Source: Takakia lepidozioides | Lineage: Eukaryota; Plantae; Bryophyta | DNA length: 64,000 nucleotides | Direction: 5' to 3' | NCBI GenBank assembly: GCA_030704615.1 | Contig: CM060734.1 | Coordinates: forward strand, 63,550,001-63,614,000 | In this document: positions 38,140 through 50,193 of the stretch, in pieces | Position numbering within the stretch: position 1 is the first letter of the stretch | Layout of the letters: every line of letters begins with the position of its first letter | Translations under genes and position numbers: made by a program | The notes under the pieces: model-generated | The model's input: the letters and a program-made list of their open reading frames with translations, nothing else | Databases searched by the model: none | Told to the model about the DNA's origin: nothing

Positions 38140-39260
38140 GATGTACGGAATCAGCTTGTTGCGCTTGCCCGAACAGCAAGTTCACAATTAAATCCGTTAC
38201 ATGCCTTCCCGCAGACGTCGACGGTAATATCTTCTTTGAGTTCCCTCCTCGAACGGACTATTTGAGGGCGTCCGGAATGTTGATAGATATGGATAGGAAA
38301 CATGATGGTCATCCTTGGTGCGTCACCAAAACCACCAGCATGAAGATGCTCGATGGTGTGCGGGTGCGCTAGGTGGTTTGTGCGGGCGCGTTGCGGTGAT
38401 TCTCCCCAACTTGCTTCCACTTTAAATCCAGAGGTCACAGGAACAAGACGGATTGGACAAGCACAACTCATCAACCATTTCGAGCTCAGGAGAAGGTTCC
38501 AAACTCCACATTTAAGTGTGCACATTGCAAAGAACCACCACATTGCATGTCTGTTTATAATGCCAAGCAGTTCTATGTGTTGCACCGTTTCCCTGACCTC
38601 ACACGAGCTTGCATACACGTTGGTCCCCATTGTCACAAATTGGCGAGGGGTAACTCGCGGGAGGCTGCCCACGAGGCAGAGTAGCTCGTTCAGGAGGAGG
38701 TTAAGTTGAGACCTGGTGCCAAACCCAAACAGATACAACTGCAGACCGCCCATAAGATGGCATTGGTCAGAATTACATCGGAAGACGGCTCCGACAGAGT
38801 TCCTCTCGATGAGAAGGAAATGGAGGCATTGCTGGAGTCAGTGTCCCACGTCTGTTCACTGAATGTCCGAAACCACATTGTCTCTTGCAAACAGAGAATT
38901 GGGCGTGGCTCGAATATGCACTCCATTCTGGAGGTGAAGCGACGATGTGGATATGACTACATTCATGGAAATAGATTTCCAGGACAAATGACTGAGGCAG
39001 ATCGTTGTTTCGTATTCAAAATGTCCACGTGTGGGCCTGGCAGCGGCGTCGAACTAGTCCACCGGATAACGAGTGGGGACTTATCAAACAGTTGGGTCAT
39101 GTTCGACCATATCCAGCGAATTACAAATCACCAGTGGGTGACAATGGGTGCACATGTCTACGACACCCACTGCAGGATGCTAATGACAATTGCTATTTGT
39201 GAGATGAAAGGAGATGACACACAATCGGAGATGCTTCTTTGGCAGGGAATAAATGCCATG
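38140..39260 (+). mobile_element. Truncated Mutator-like transposase, copy A (diverged paralogue of copy B, opposite strand)
   Basis: KHDGHPWCVTKT, FKCAHCKEPP, PGAKPKQIQL, GYDYIHG..FP, FKMSTCGPGSG and WVMFDHIQRITNHQWVTMGAHVYD all align with 43400-44500. It breaks off before the second catalytic Asp. Confidence 0.8.
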
Positions 39261-40811
39261 TGGGTATGCACGTACGCATTTTCAGTGACCCTGCAAGGCA
39301 CACTCTCCAGTTCAGTCCACGAAAGCACGGAAACAAAACAGATTGGAAACCAAAATGCGGCACCGCATTTCGGACGTGGTTGGGAGGGTATGAGTATCTT
39401 ACGAGTTGAGGTCCGCCATGGCATTCTTGAGCAGGGAGGAATCTGCGGCCTTCACCTTGAGGATGACACACTCCACCATGTAATGCCAGCCAATGTGCTT
39501 GGCATGGTTCTGCTTGATGTACTCCCACCAGACGAGAAGTCGGTGATTCCCGTCCCACACAAAGAACATTTTACCCGACATATGGCCGAAGTCGGGATCA
39601 CCCTTCAAGGTTGCCTCGAATTCGTCGTTGCGAGTGTGCCAGTTGGTATCCCATGTTGACAATTCCTCCACAGTGGGTCCACGAGATTCGCCGTCCTCAT
39701 TCTCAAGGGAAACGTAGAAGGCTGGCGAACCTAGACGGTACCCTTCTCGAAATGCGAACTTGAGCTTATCCACATCTCCGGGAAGTGCCTGCCTGACGAT
39801 GGGAAGGGAGACCATGCGACAGAGTGGGATTCGAAGAGTCTGCTGGAATACCCTGCTGCCCAGAACTCTGCCAATGCTACTATGTGTCTCCTCCAACATT
39901 GTATCCGCTGCACTTTGGAATTCCTCCGGAGACATTTCTGCTGGTGGCGGCAGGGGGTGAGCAGCTTGAGCATCCCCAACTGGAGCTGCACTCTGGGGAA
40001 TCTTTGCGGACAATTGTGCAATTGCAGAGGCCTCCTTCGGGCCTTCAGTGGTCAGGTCTTCCTCAACTGTGGTCATGTCTTGCTGGGAACGTTGAGAGGC
40101 AGCACCCTCCTCCGGTACCAGAGCGACGGTCGATCCCATTGGCTTCGCTGCAGCAGGTTGGAAATCAAGCAGGAACTGGGCTTCAGCTCGTGGAATCGGT
40201 TTTGCGGGAGACTGCTCCGCCCTCCCCCTGATTGCCTTGTGCTTCCTCATTCTTGCAGGTGAAGGTGTCTGCTGCAATTGAATCTGCTTCATTCGCCTGG
40301 GTGGGGGGGAAACGGCCTGGTCCGGTTCAGAAACAAGTTGAAGGACGGGCTGCTTCTTCTTCGTCTTTGCTGGAGAAGGGCTAGACCCCTGCTGGCAATT
40401 CTCCATGACCTTTGAAGGCGAGTCGCTCTCTGGGGCTTTGAACTGCAAAGACTTGGCCTTGGAAGCCGTGTCCTTGAAACGCACAGGGCTAGGACCGGGA
40501 GGAAGACCCGTGCTCGTGGATCGGCTGGGTGTGCGTGCTGTAGCTAGCTCCACGCTCTCTGCCTGCGGCTCTTCGGATTCCTGCGATCTCTCCAGCACGT
40601 CCACCTTTCCGGTTAGGCATGCAAACATCTTCTGCAATCAAGTCTCCTAGCATACAGTCTAAGAATTGCAGAAGAAAAATGAGGCGGGTTTTGGTGCACG
40701 ATCAGCTGGCGAATCCCGAGCTCTCACTGGTGGCTGGGTTGCCTGTGTGGCCTGCTGCTGCGAGATGGCAATCTCCTCCTGTAGACGCATCTGCTTCCTC
40801 CCCTTCGGCAT
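39256..40811 (-). pseudogene. Spliced gene for a ParB/Srx-fold protein with a long disordered N-terminus; 3'-truncated. Probable exons ~40811-40728, ~40646-39403, 39290-39256
   Basis: ORF 39399-40637 contains IPLCRM..VRQAL..DVDKLKFAF..GY..FYVS...FFVWDGNHRLLVW, a ParB/sulfiredoxin-type DGxHR motif. GTAAG donor at ~39402 and TTGCAG acceptor at ~39291. One in-frame stop lies near the start of exon 2. Confidence 0.65.
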
Positions 40812-41024
40812 TGGCCTACGTCCGAAGTACAATTTTCGGAGCTTGCGACGATGTCTCTTCTCTGGTGCACGCACTGCCTCCCTCTCAAGTTCGAGCATAA
40901 GAAGAACAGAGACAGGGAAAAGGGGCGAAGAGTGCAGATAGAAAGGGCGCGAGAGGGGTGACTGAGGAGACACGACAAAAGCAGATGAAACGGCGGTGAT
41001 GCAGCACTTGGGTTCGAAAGGGTT

Positions 41025-41558
41025 GGCACCGCATTTCGGCCAGGGTCAGACCTTAATACTCTACAGAACGGAAATGCGGTACCGCATTTCCGTTCTGACT
41101 GAAAATCGTCAACAGCGGGAACAGAAATGCGTCGCAACTTCTGACATTCTAGAACGGAAATGCGGCGCCGCATTTCCGTTTTGTATATGAGGCCTGGAGC
41201 TGTGGGACGGAAATGCGGTGCCGCATTTACATCCATGTGAGACCTTCAAACTTTCCAGACCGGAAATGCGGCACCGCATTTCCGTTCAGCTGAGACCTCT
41301 ATACTTTCCCGAACGGAAATATGGCACGGCATTTCCGTTCATCAACTAAGGTATGTGAAGGGGGAACGAAAATGCGGTACCGTATTTCCGTTCAACAACT
41401 AAGGTATGTGAAGGTGGAACGGAAATGCGGTGCCGCATTTTCTTCCAAGAAGCACGGATGTGTAGCTTCATGATGGTACTTAACGGAAATGCGGCGCCGC
41501 ATTCGCATTTTCACTCCAACTCCAAATTTGAACACGTGGAGCAACGGAATTGCGGCAC
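41025..41558. repeat. Array 1 of ~11 palindromes, consensus GAACGGAAATGCGGYRCCGCATTTCCGTTC, 53-bp period
   Basis: Perfect 34-bp palindrome at 41064-41097. Centres at 41027, 41080, ~41133, 41166, 41219, 41272, 41325, 41378, 41431, 41495 and 41556. Confidence 0.93.
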
Positions 41559-41599
41559 ATGTCTGCACTCTATCTGACTGAAGTGGCATGAGGCGGCGC

Positions 41600-44500
41600 G
41601 GCCTCATGAGTTGTGGAATTACACCGGAGTCTCTTTAGGAACACGTAGTACAGATGCTTGCAAGGGCAGTATGATGCCCCCTTGTTCGCCATGATCTAAA
41701 AGTCGGTGCAATTGCAGGTGGGTAATTCTGAAATGGTGATGGTGTACACCTCATTGCGAACTGCTGAGCCTGCCGTGGCCATCTGATACACACGCCCAAA
41801 GCCTGGTGGGGGCACTTCTGTCAAGCTTTGGATTGTACAGTTCATCCGAAGTGCATTCCCCATCCTCGTGTCGTTCACTTTTGAGGGAGGTCGCCGCCTC
41901 TTCGGTTTCCCCCAACGGTGTGTAGGATGCTTAGAGTTGTCGGGTCCCATTGTTCTTGCTCTCACAGGGGTCGGTGGTGGAGGCTGTGGAAGCGGAAATG
42001 GTTGTCTGGGGACGTCAGTGCGCTGCACCATCCGAAATCCTGCGGCGGTAAGGGCGTCGGCCTCAACCTGACTCAGATCGCAGCCTGGTTCCACCGGCCA
42101 CACCGGGGGAGCCTCTGGCATTGTTTGTATGCCGTACTTGGGCTTTCCATACACGTAAGTCATAATGTCGTGCCTGCAGAACCAGAACTGGGTGGTTGTC
42201 GCCTCCGCAAACTTTGCATGGACAAATCTTCCTGTAAAAGTAGGAGCAGGGACAGCACCATCTGGATTCCTCCTTATCGTCTCTAAACAACGTTGCCGTG
42301 TATCCACTCAAATTGCGGAACACCTGCCTCGAAACGACGGCTTTGTGCGAGCAATTCTCCACTGTGACGCAGACACCATCGTCTCCACAATGGCTTGGCC
42401 ATACTGCATAACAGCGAGCGGAATCTGGGGCAAGTGAGCGGTGGGAATTTCTCGCACGGATTCCCCGCTTGAAGGCGATGGCGATCTGGAATTTCTTGGG
42501 CTTCCACTGCTGGAAGACACATTGTGCGGCAACATGACGGGCCCTCGAGGTGCTGTCCGAATGTTCCTGTCGGATCTCCAGGAATCTTCTTCGCACCCGG
42601 GTTCCTCTTCAATCCTCCGCCTCACAGGGCGAGTACGGACGTCCCCCTCTAGGTGTTCACCTCTGCGGTGCAGAGGCGTCCCTTTGATCTTCTCTCGCAA
42701 TGCTGTCGTCCATTTCAGTGGATTCTTCGACCTCGAAGCTGTTCGCACCAACAATTCCTCCCTGTCCGGCCCAAAGCCCCATTGTTTCCCGCTCAGGAAC
42801 TTATAGTACGTGGCTTGCTGCATGATTGCTCTGTCGATGTCCTCCGTTGTGGCCATCACTACGTCCACCAGATGTGGGCAGAAGACGCTCGCCAGGAGGA
42901 GTGCACTGATTCTGCCATATTCGTGTTCGGCATGTCCGTGTCGGAATCCAAGCACCGCTCCTACAAGGACACAGACAATGGTGAGGAACCAATGGAAAGG
43001 TCCGTAATACAAAGACAATTGCACGAAAATGACAGGATCATACCTCCCGCATGTTCTGTCTGAACTGTCGATACCAGAAATGCCACCACCCCAACCAGCT
43101 GTGCAAGGCTCCCAGATTGGTTGTCTCCACTGCACCTGACGTGTTCCACCAAGCCTCGATGATAGCAAACTTAACCTCCGCGTCATCAAATGTGGGTGCA
43201 TCCTTCCACGCCGTACAAAGGACACGGTGTTCAGCCTGGAATGAGCTAGCAACAAATTTGGTAGTGTAGTGGGATAGACTCTGCATCCAATGGAATCCAC
43301 AGGATCTCTCTTTCCCCTCCATTGGCACATTGGGGTCCTCACCGTACACACGCCGCACCGCTGCCCAGTTGGCCTGAGCGTTGTCTGCCATGAATCCCCT
43401 GAAATTGGGCTCTGGCAATCTCGCCTTTGCCATCTGCTCGTTTATGCCCTCCCACAAATGCATCTCCGACTGTGTGTCCTCCCCTTTCATCTCGCAGATT
43501 GCAATTGTCATGAGCCTCTTGGAGTGATAGTCATAAACATGCGCACCCATAGTCACCCACTGATGGTTTGTAATTCGCTTGATGTGATCAAGCATCACCC
43601 AAGCATTCGACAGGTTTCCAGTTGTCATGCGAGTGACCAAGTCGACTCCACTCCCAGGCCCACACGTCGACATTTTAAAAATGTAACAACGATCGGATTC
43701 GCTTCCTTGCCTTGGAAACCTGCTACCTTGGATGTAGTCATATCCAGTCATTCGTTTCACCTCCAGGATTGAGTGCATGTCCGACCCCCGGCCGAACTCC
43801 TGCTTGCAAGATACGGATGTGATTCCGCACATTCGGACTACAAACGTGCGAGACGGACTCCAACAGGTCAAGCATCTCCTGTTCGTTCAAGGGCACTCGG
43901 TCGGAACCATCTTCAGACATGATTTTTCCAAGAGCAATCTTGTGGGCTGCCTTCAGCTGAATCTGCTTTGGTCTTGCTCCGGGGCTCAATTTCACCTCCT
44001 CTTTTATGATGTCGTGTGCTTCCTGCACAGCCTCACGCATGTTGCCTCTCGCCAAGGGGTGGCAGTGGACCCCAACGTGTATGCAAGCTCTAGTCAAGTC
44101 CGGGAGCAAATGGATAACGTAATATTGCTTGGCTCTGCACATGGACATGCACGTCGGTGGTTCTTTGCAATGTGCGCACTTGAAAGTACCCACAGGAGCT
44201 TGGCTGGAGACAATGAAAGGATGATGCGTTGTGCCAGTCCAATCCGTCTCGTTTCTCCGCCCTCCTTTGGAAAGAAAGTGGAAGCAGGCGGGATTCAGGC
44301 ATCTCAGCTTCCCCGCACAGAGGACGTATCGTACACGAACACCATCAACAATTTTTGTGCTACTGGTCTTCGTCACACACCAGGGGTGTCCGTCATGCTT
44401 CCGATCCATGTCTGTTAACATCCCTAAGGCTTTGTTTGAGGAAGTGACAGGTGGAAACTCGAAGATGACATTGCCATCGACTTCGGGAGGCAGATACGTT

Positions 44501-45138
44501 ACCTTCCTGACCGGAAATTTGGCATAGTCGAGAGCAGCCAGCTCGGAGCGAGAACCATCGAGGTGATGTTGCCGTAGGAGCTGCACAATGGACCGGGTTG
44601 GAGTTAGGCTCGAGAGTACATGCGTAGCACCTGCAGAGACGTCCATGTCGGATTTGAACGACCGTGTGGAGGACATGGGGACCTCAATGCACTCATCTTC
44701 ATTGTCGGAAATGTCGAATATGTCCACACGAGAAGCTATGGAGGGTCTTGACGGTCCAGGTCGGGAATGATTATCGTTGCATACCTCTGTGTTGGCAGTG
44801 GCCACCTCTCGGTTTCCGGACTCCTTTGTGGATGGTGTGGGCAGCGACTGATTCGGAAAGGGAATGGGCATTCCCACAGCTCGGTAGAGGATGGTGTCTG
44901 ATGGGGGTACGTGCCATTCGATTCCGCAACCTCCGTCGTTACCTAGCACGACAATGGTCTCGTCAACCTGTCCAGGAACATCCTTCCTTTCTTCTTCCAA
45001 GTAAACTATGCCCGGTTTGAGCTTGAATTTAGAACAAAGGTAAGTTTCAGTCACTCTGCAAAGTCCTCCCTCGTTTGGGATCCAGGCTCTCCCAAGTTGC
45101 GGAGGACAGCAAACTATAGCGTAGGAATTCGGAGCCAT
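41600..45138 (-). mobile_element. Mutator-like (MULE) transposase, copy B: GCM/WRKY-like Zn domain + DDE + C-terminal SWIM finger; frameshifted; one intron (42961-43043)
   Basis: C..C...IHVGVHCHP Zn domain; D1 VMLDHIKR; D2 FMADNAQAN; MULE CxxH motif CGFHW; E in NTNMAESVHSSW; SWIM PTCNCTDF*..YCPCKHLYYV. TIRs and TSD were not identified. Confidence 0.8.
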
Positions 45139-45520
45139 CGAAGACCGCACGAAGTTGGCAAGTGCGAGGTTCAGTATAGCGACAGACGAAGGCTCACAGG
45201 CACCATGCGGAGTCCATCGACGATTGGAAGTCGCACATTGAAGTGGAAAGTATAGTTTCAAGCTACATGCATGAAGGTGGGAGGTGTGATTCCATAGCCA
45301 GTAAGTTAGACAATGAAGGCCGAATCGGCGACGAAATAACATCTCCTGACAGTTTCTCCTGAGGGTGGATCCAGCAGTATTCTCGGTAAGGACAGGAGCG
45401 TTTGCACTGACAAGTGCCAGGACTGTTAGTTAAAACGGTCAGACAACCTAGTTGTGCTCATCAAGACTGGCCGCAATTATGTTGTTTCGGAAAAATGCAA
45501 CCCATTCAGGTTCAACATGA

Positions 45521-45781
45521 GGAAATGAGGTTTCAGATTTCCGTCCGGAGTGATTCTTTTGATTGCTGCGTATTGCGTCTTGGTCATGCACCAGGGCGAT
45601 GGAAATTTGGCACCGAGTTTCCGTCCGGGGGAAACCTTTACACTCTCCAGATCCGAAATGCGGTAAGGCATTTCCATCCAGCAAGCACAGTATGTGAAGG
45701 TGGAACGGAAATGCGGTACCGCATTTCCGTTCCGATTGAGAATCATGAACAAAGGGAACAGAAATGCAGCACCGCATTTCC
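45521..45781. repeat. Array 2 of the same palindrome (53-bp period), running into the assembly gap
   Basis: Perfect 32-bp palindrome at 45702-45733. Centres at 45611, 45664, 45717 and 45770, plus a degenerate copy at 45531. Confidence 0.9.
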
Positions 45782-46281
45782 NNNNNNNNNNNNNNNNNNN
45801 NNNNNNNNNNNNNNNNNNNNNNNNNNNNNNNNNNNNNNNNNNNNNNNNNNNNNNNNNNNNNNNNNNNNNNNNNNNNNNNNNNNNNNNNNNNNNNNNNNNN
45901 NNNNNNNNNNNNNNNNNNNNNNNNNNNNNNNNNNNNNNNNNNNNNNNNNNNNNNNNNNNNNNNNNNNNNNNNNNNNNNNNNNNNNNNNNNNNNNNNNNNN
46001 NNNNNNNNNNNNNNNNNNNNNNNNNNNNNNNNNNNNNNNNNNNNNNNNNNNNNNNNNNNNNNNNNNNNNNNNNNNNNNNNNNNNNNNNNNNNNNNNNNNN
46101 NNNNNNNNNNNNNNNNNNNNNNNNNNNNNNNNNNNNNNNNNNNNNNNNNNNNNNNNNNNNNNNNNNNNNNNNNNNNNNNNNNNNNNNNNNNNNNNNNNNN
46201 NNNNNNNNNNNNNNNNNNNNNNNNNNNNNNNNNNNNNNNNNNNNNNNNNNNNNNNNNNNNNNNNNNNNNNNNNNNNNNNNN
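45782..46281. other. Assembly gap (500 N)
   Basis: Run of N. ORFs spanning it are artefacts. Confidence 1.
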
Positions 46282-49200
46282 GGTCTCAACAAAGTCATAA
46301 TCAAGAATCGTTATCCGTTGCCGCTGATTTCTGGGCTTCTCGACCAGCTGGGACGAGTGAAGATTTTCATCAAAATCGACTTGAGAGGAGCTTATAACCT
46401 TGTACGGATAAAAGAATGAGACGAATGGAAAACAACTTTTCGAACAAGGTATGGACATTTTGAATACAGTGTTATGCCTTTCGGTCTTACAAATGCTCCA
46501 GCAAGTTTCCAACATATGATGAATGACATCTTTCGAGAATTTTTGGATGACTTTGTAGTCATCTATTTGGACGACATTTGATATTTTCACAGAACGAAGA
46601 AGAACATGGCCGCCATGTACGCCTTGTCCTTGATAAATTAAGAGAAAGAGGACTATATGCCAAGTTGGAGAAATGTATTTTCCATCAATCTGAGGTCGAA
46701 TTTCTGGGCTACATTATTTCCGACAAAGGCGTCTTTATGGATCAGAAGAAAATACAAACCATCATCGAGTGGATTAAACCAACTTCGGTCCGAGATGTAC
46801 AATGTTTTCTGGGTTTTGCATATTTCTATAGAATCTTCATCAATGACTACTCCAAAATTGCTGCACCATTGATACGACTCATAGAGAATGACAAATTTGT
46901 ATGGGACGAGAAGGCTAATCAGGCATTTGAAAGGCTGAAGCAGACATTTACAACAACTCCAATACTGGTACATGCAGACCCATCTAAACCATTCTTCTTA
47001 GAAGCAGATGCATCGGACTTTGCACTTGGCGTGGTACTCTCACAATACGGTACATATGGCCGACTCCACCCTGTTGGTTTTCGTTCTCACAAATTTTCCG
47101 CTGCGGAGAGCAATTATGAGATCCATGACAAAGAATTTCTAGTGATTATCGATGCTTTTGAGGAGTGCGTCATCTATTGGAGGGAGCTAAACATCAGGTC
47201 ACTGTCTATACCGATCACAAAAACCTCGAATATTTTATGAGTGCTCGTGTTTTGAATCGACGTCAAGTGAGATGAGAGTATGTCACTAGTAAGGTTTGAT
47301 TTTGTTATTATCTACCGTCCCGGACATCTTCAAGGAAAACCAGATGCTCTTTCTTGACGATCATATCTTGCGCCAAAGGAAGGAGATGCAACTTTTGACC
47401 AACAGAAATCCATCATCTTGAAACCACCAAATTTCCAATTGAATATGCTATCCATGTCCACCTATGACGATGCGAGATCATAAAGGAGATTCAGAAAGCA
47501 CGAAGAGCGACCAATTCGCTATGACACTACGAAGTCAACTAAATCGACCTCGAGACAACCTACATGTTACAAACGACTTCGAGTTCAAAGATGATTTACT
47601 TTATTTCAAGGGACTTCTCTATGTACCTCCAGGACCTACACGACTTCGAATTCTTCAAACATGTCATGATCTTCCGGCTACAAGACATTTCGGCTTCAAC
47701 AAAACAATGGAATTGATATCCATGGACTATTGGTGGCCGCGCAGATGTGGAAACTCGTGAAAGAATTTATAAAATCTTGCGACACGTGTGCTAGAGTGAA
47801 GGGACCACGACATCGACCTTACGGCCTTCTTCAACCATTATCCATTCCCAAGGGTCCATGGTCGTCCGTGTCTATGGACTTTATTACGGACCTTCCAATC
47901 TCCAAGACCACTGATTCAATCCTTGTTATTGTAGATCGTTTTACGAAGATGACACATTTCATTCCATGTAATAAGACAGTTACCGGCGAGGAAACTGCAA
48001 GACTCTTCCTCAATAATATCTACCGCATTCATGGACTCCCAAAGGACATCGTATCTGATCGAGGACCACAGTTCATATCAAATTTCTGGAGGGATTATCT
48101 CACATATTGGATACTAAGATCAACCTTTCTACAGCTAATCATCCACAGACTGATGGTCAAACCGAACGTGTAAACCAGATTTTGGAGCAGTATCTTCGTG
48201 TACGATCAATTATCACCAAGATAATTGGACGGACCTTCTGTCATTGGCTGAGTTTGCCTACAACAACGCTATACATTCTTCGACCCAGCAAACTCCACTT
48301 TTCTCCAATTATGGTCATTATCCTCGAGCAATCCTTTCCACATGAAGACTGTTGGAAGCTTTGCTGCAGAAAACCTTGCTACTCATCTTGCTACGATTCA
48401 CAAGGAGCTTACATTCCACCTCGCCGAAGCTCAAAAACAATACAAGGAGTATGCAGATCAACGTCGCCAACTCCAACCCCAGTTCAAGGTCAGAGATCGT
48501 GTGTGGCTTCTTCGACGGGACATACAAACCTCGCGACCATCAAAGCCTGGGCCCATTCAAAATTATTCGACAAATAAATCCGGTCAGTTTTCGGCTTGAA
48601 TTCCCACGAAGTATGCGCATCCATCCAGTCTTTCATGTTTCATTATTGGAGTTGTATCATCCATCGAATATTCCAGGGAGAGTTTCCGTACCACCTCCAC
48701 CAATCGAAGACAACATCAGGAAATTGAGTATGAAGTCGACGAAGTCCTAGACTCTCGCATCAAGTATAAACATCTTGAGTATTTCGTACATTGGTAAGGC
48801 TACGACATCAGCAAACGAACGTGGAACCTTCATCCAACCTCGCCAATGCATCTGACAAAGTCCAAGAGTTTCATCAACGATATCCAGCTAAGCCCCGAGC
48901 TACACGTTAATAAGACGTCACAACGATGATGTCAGCCAACTTAGCTTCAAGATGAAGACTCCGCATTCAATGTACCTGATACACGCTAGAGAGGGATGAA
49001 CACACACATCAGTATATATAGCTACACTTCAGCACTCTTGCATCTTGTATTGGCAGTATGAAGTCGCAGGAACCAGATACATTAGAGTTGTCGCTTACCC
49101 AGCTACCAGATCAGCCATTCCGACTCTCACGACCTTAAACATCACGCCGACGCTCTCGAGACGATGGGCCACCAATGCGACGCGTACTTCTTCGTCTGGA

Positions 49201-50193
49201 CCCCGTACGACGGCATGTGGAGCCTACTCGAAGTCTGATAATTCTGTTGGAGGTTGAGGCTTCGGACCTAGGGGGCAATGAAATCATGTTTGAAGGCAGT
49301 TTCGAAAATCAGAATGCTCAAATCACTGCGTGGTCCCAAGTTCAAGGTGTTGGACACTATCGATGGTTGCAGGGACCTATAAATCATTTGAGTCAAGAAC
49401 GAAGAGTCGAATACTTGGCAAGTATCATTCGTCGGATTTTGGATTTTCTCCAACACTAAGCAAGTCCAAGATTTTATCCTCACTCCTCGAGGAACTCGGC
49501 GCTAGAGGAGGGGGTGATGTCACGGACATAGCCCAGAAGAACTTACCAGAAATAAATACCAGAAATTACCAAGTTATCATGTTACCGAAAGTTACCATGA
49601 TTTATCATGATCTACCATGATTTACCATTACTTACCAAGTTACCGGGAGTTTACCAAATTACCAAGAGTAACTTGGGAAACTACTCAGGAAGCTTCCTTT
49701 GGAGGAAACTTCTCCTCAATCAAGATACCTCATTTGTTTAAGGAAGTTTCTCCATCAAGAAACTTTTGTTTAATCTTAGAAACTTCTCTTTACAAGCCAC
49801 CTCCATATGGGAAGCTTCTTAAGGAAGTTTCTTAGTAGCCAATATATATAGGAGGCGAGACTGGACACTCTTCAGTCCGCCAACACCAGTTCAAGCTACT
49901 CTTGTTTCCAATTCCCAGTACTCAGTCCAGTTCTCAGTACCCTTAGCCCAGTTTCCAATATCTGGTACTCCAGTCTAGTTTCCAGTATCTGGTACTCCAG
50001 TCCAGTCCAATATCTGGTACTCATTTCAGTCGTGTTCCAATATCTTGTACTCTGTGTTCATTGTTATAATAGATCGTCTTGATTCTTATTTGACTTATCG
50101 TGCATTCGGGTCACACGTCGCACGGCTTGACTTCTTGTCTAGCCTTGTATCTCTAGTCTTATCTCTTAGTTCAGTCATGTTTTCGTCTTGACA
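46282..50193 (+). mobile_element. Decayed Ty3/Gypsy chromovirus (Tcn1/Tf-like): RT, RNase H, integrase, chromodomain, PPT and 3' LTR
   Basis: [85 protein letters not shown] and a chromodomain [18 protein letters not shown]. Contains stops and frameshifts. Confidence 0.92.
49518..50193 (+). repeat. 3' LTR of the chromovirus
   Basis: PPT AGAGGAGGGGG (49504-49514), then TGTCA...TGACA termini and a TATA-like box at ~49842. Confidence 0.75.

Noticed and set aside
38706-39659. Single 317-aa gene
   Set aside because: Chimeric reading: the first ~185 aa are transposase copy A and the rest is the antisense of the ParB-like gene.
41025-41558. CRISPR array (palindromic ~30-bp repeats with ~23-bp spacers)
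   Set aside because: Spacers are not unique (types recur within and between arrays), repeats are full dyads with degenerate copies, there are no cas genes, and the context is eukaryotic.
45414-46590. Long ORFs spanning 45.4-46.6 kb
   Set aside because: Artefacts of translating through the 500-N gap.
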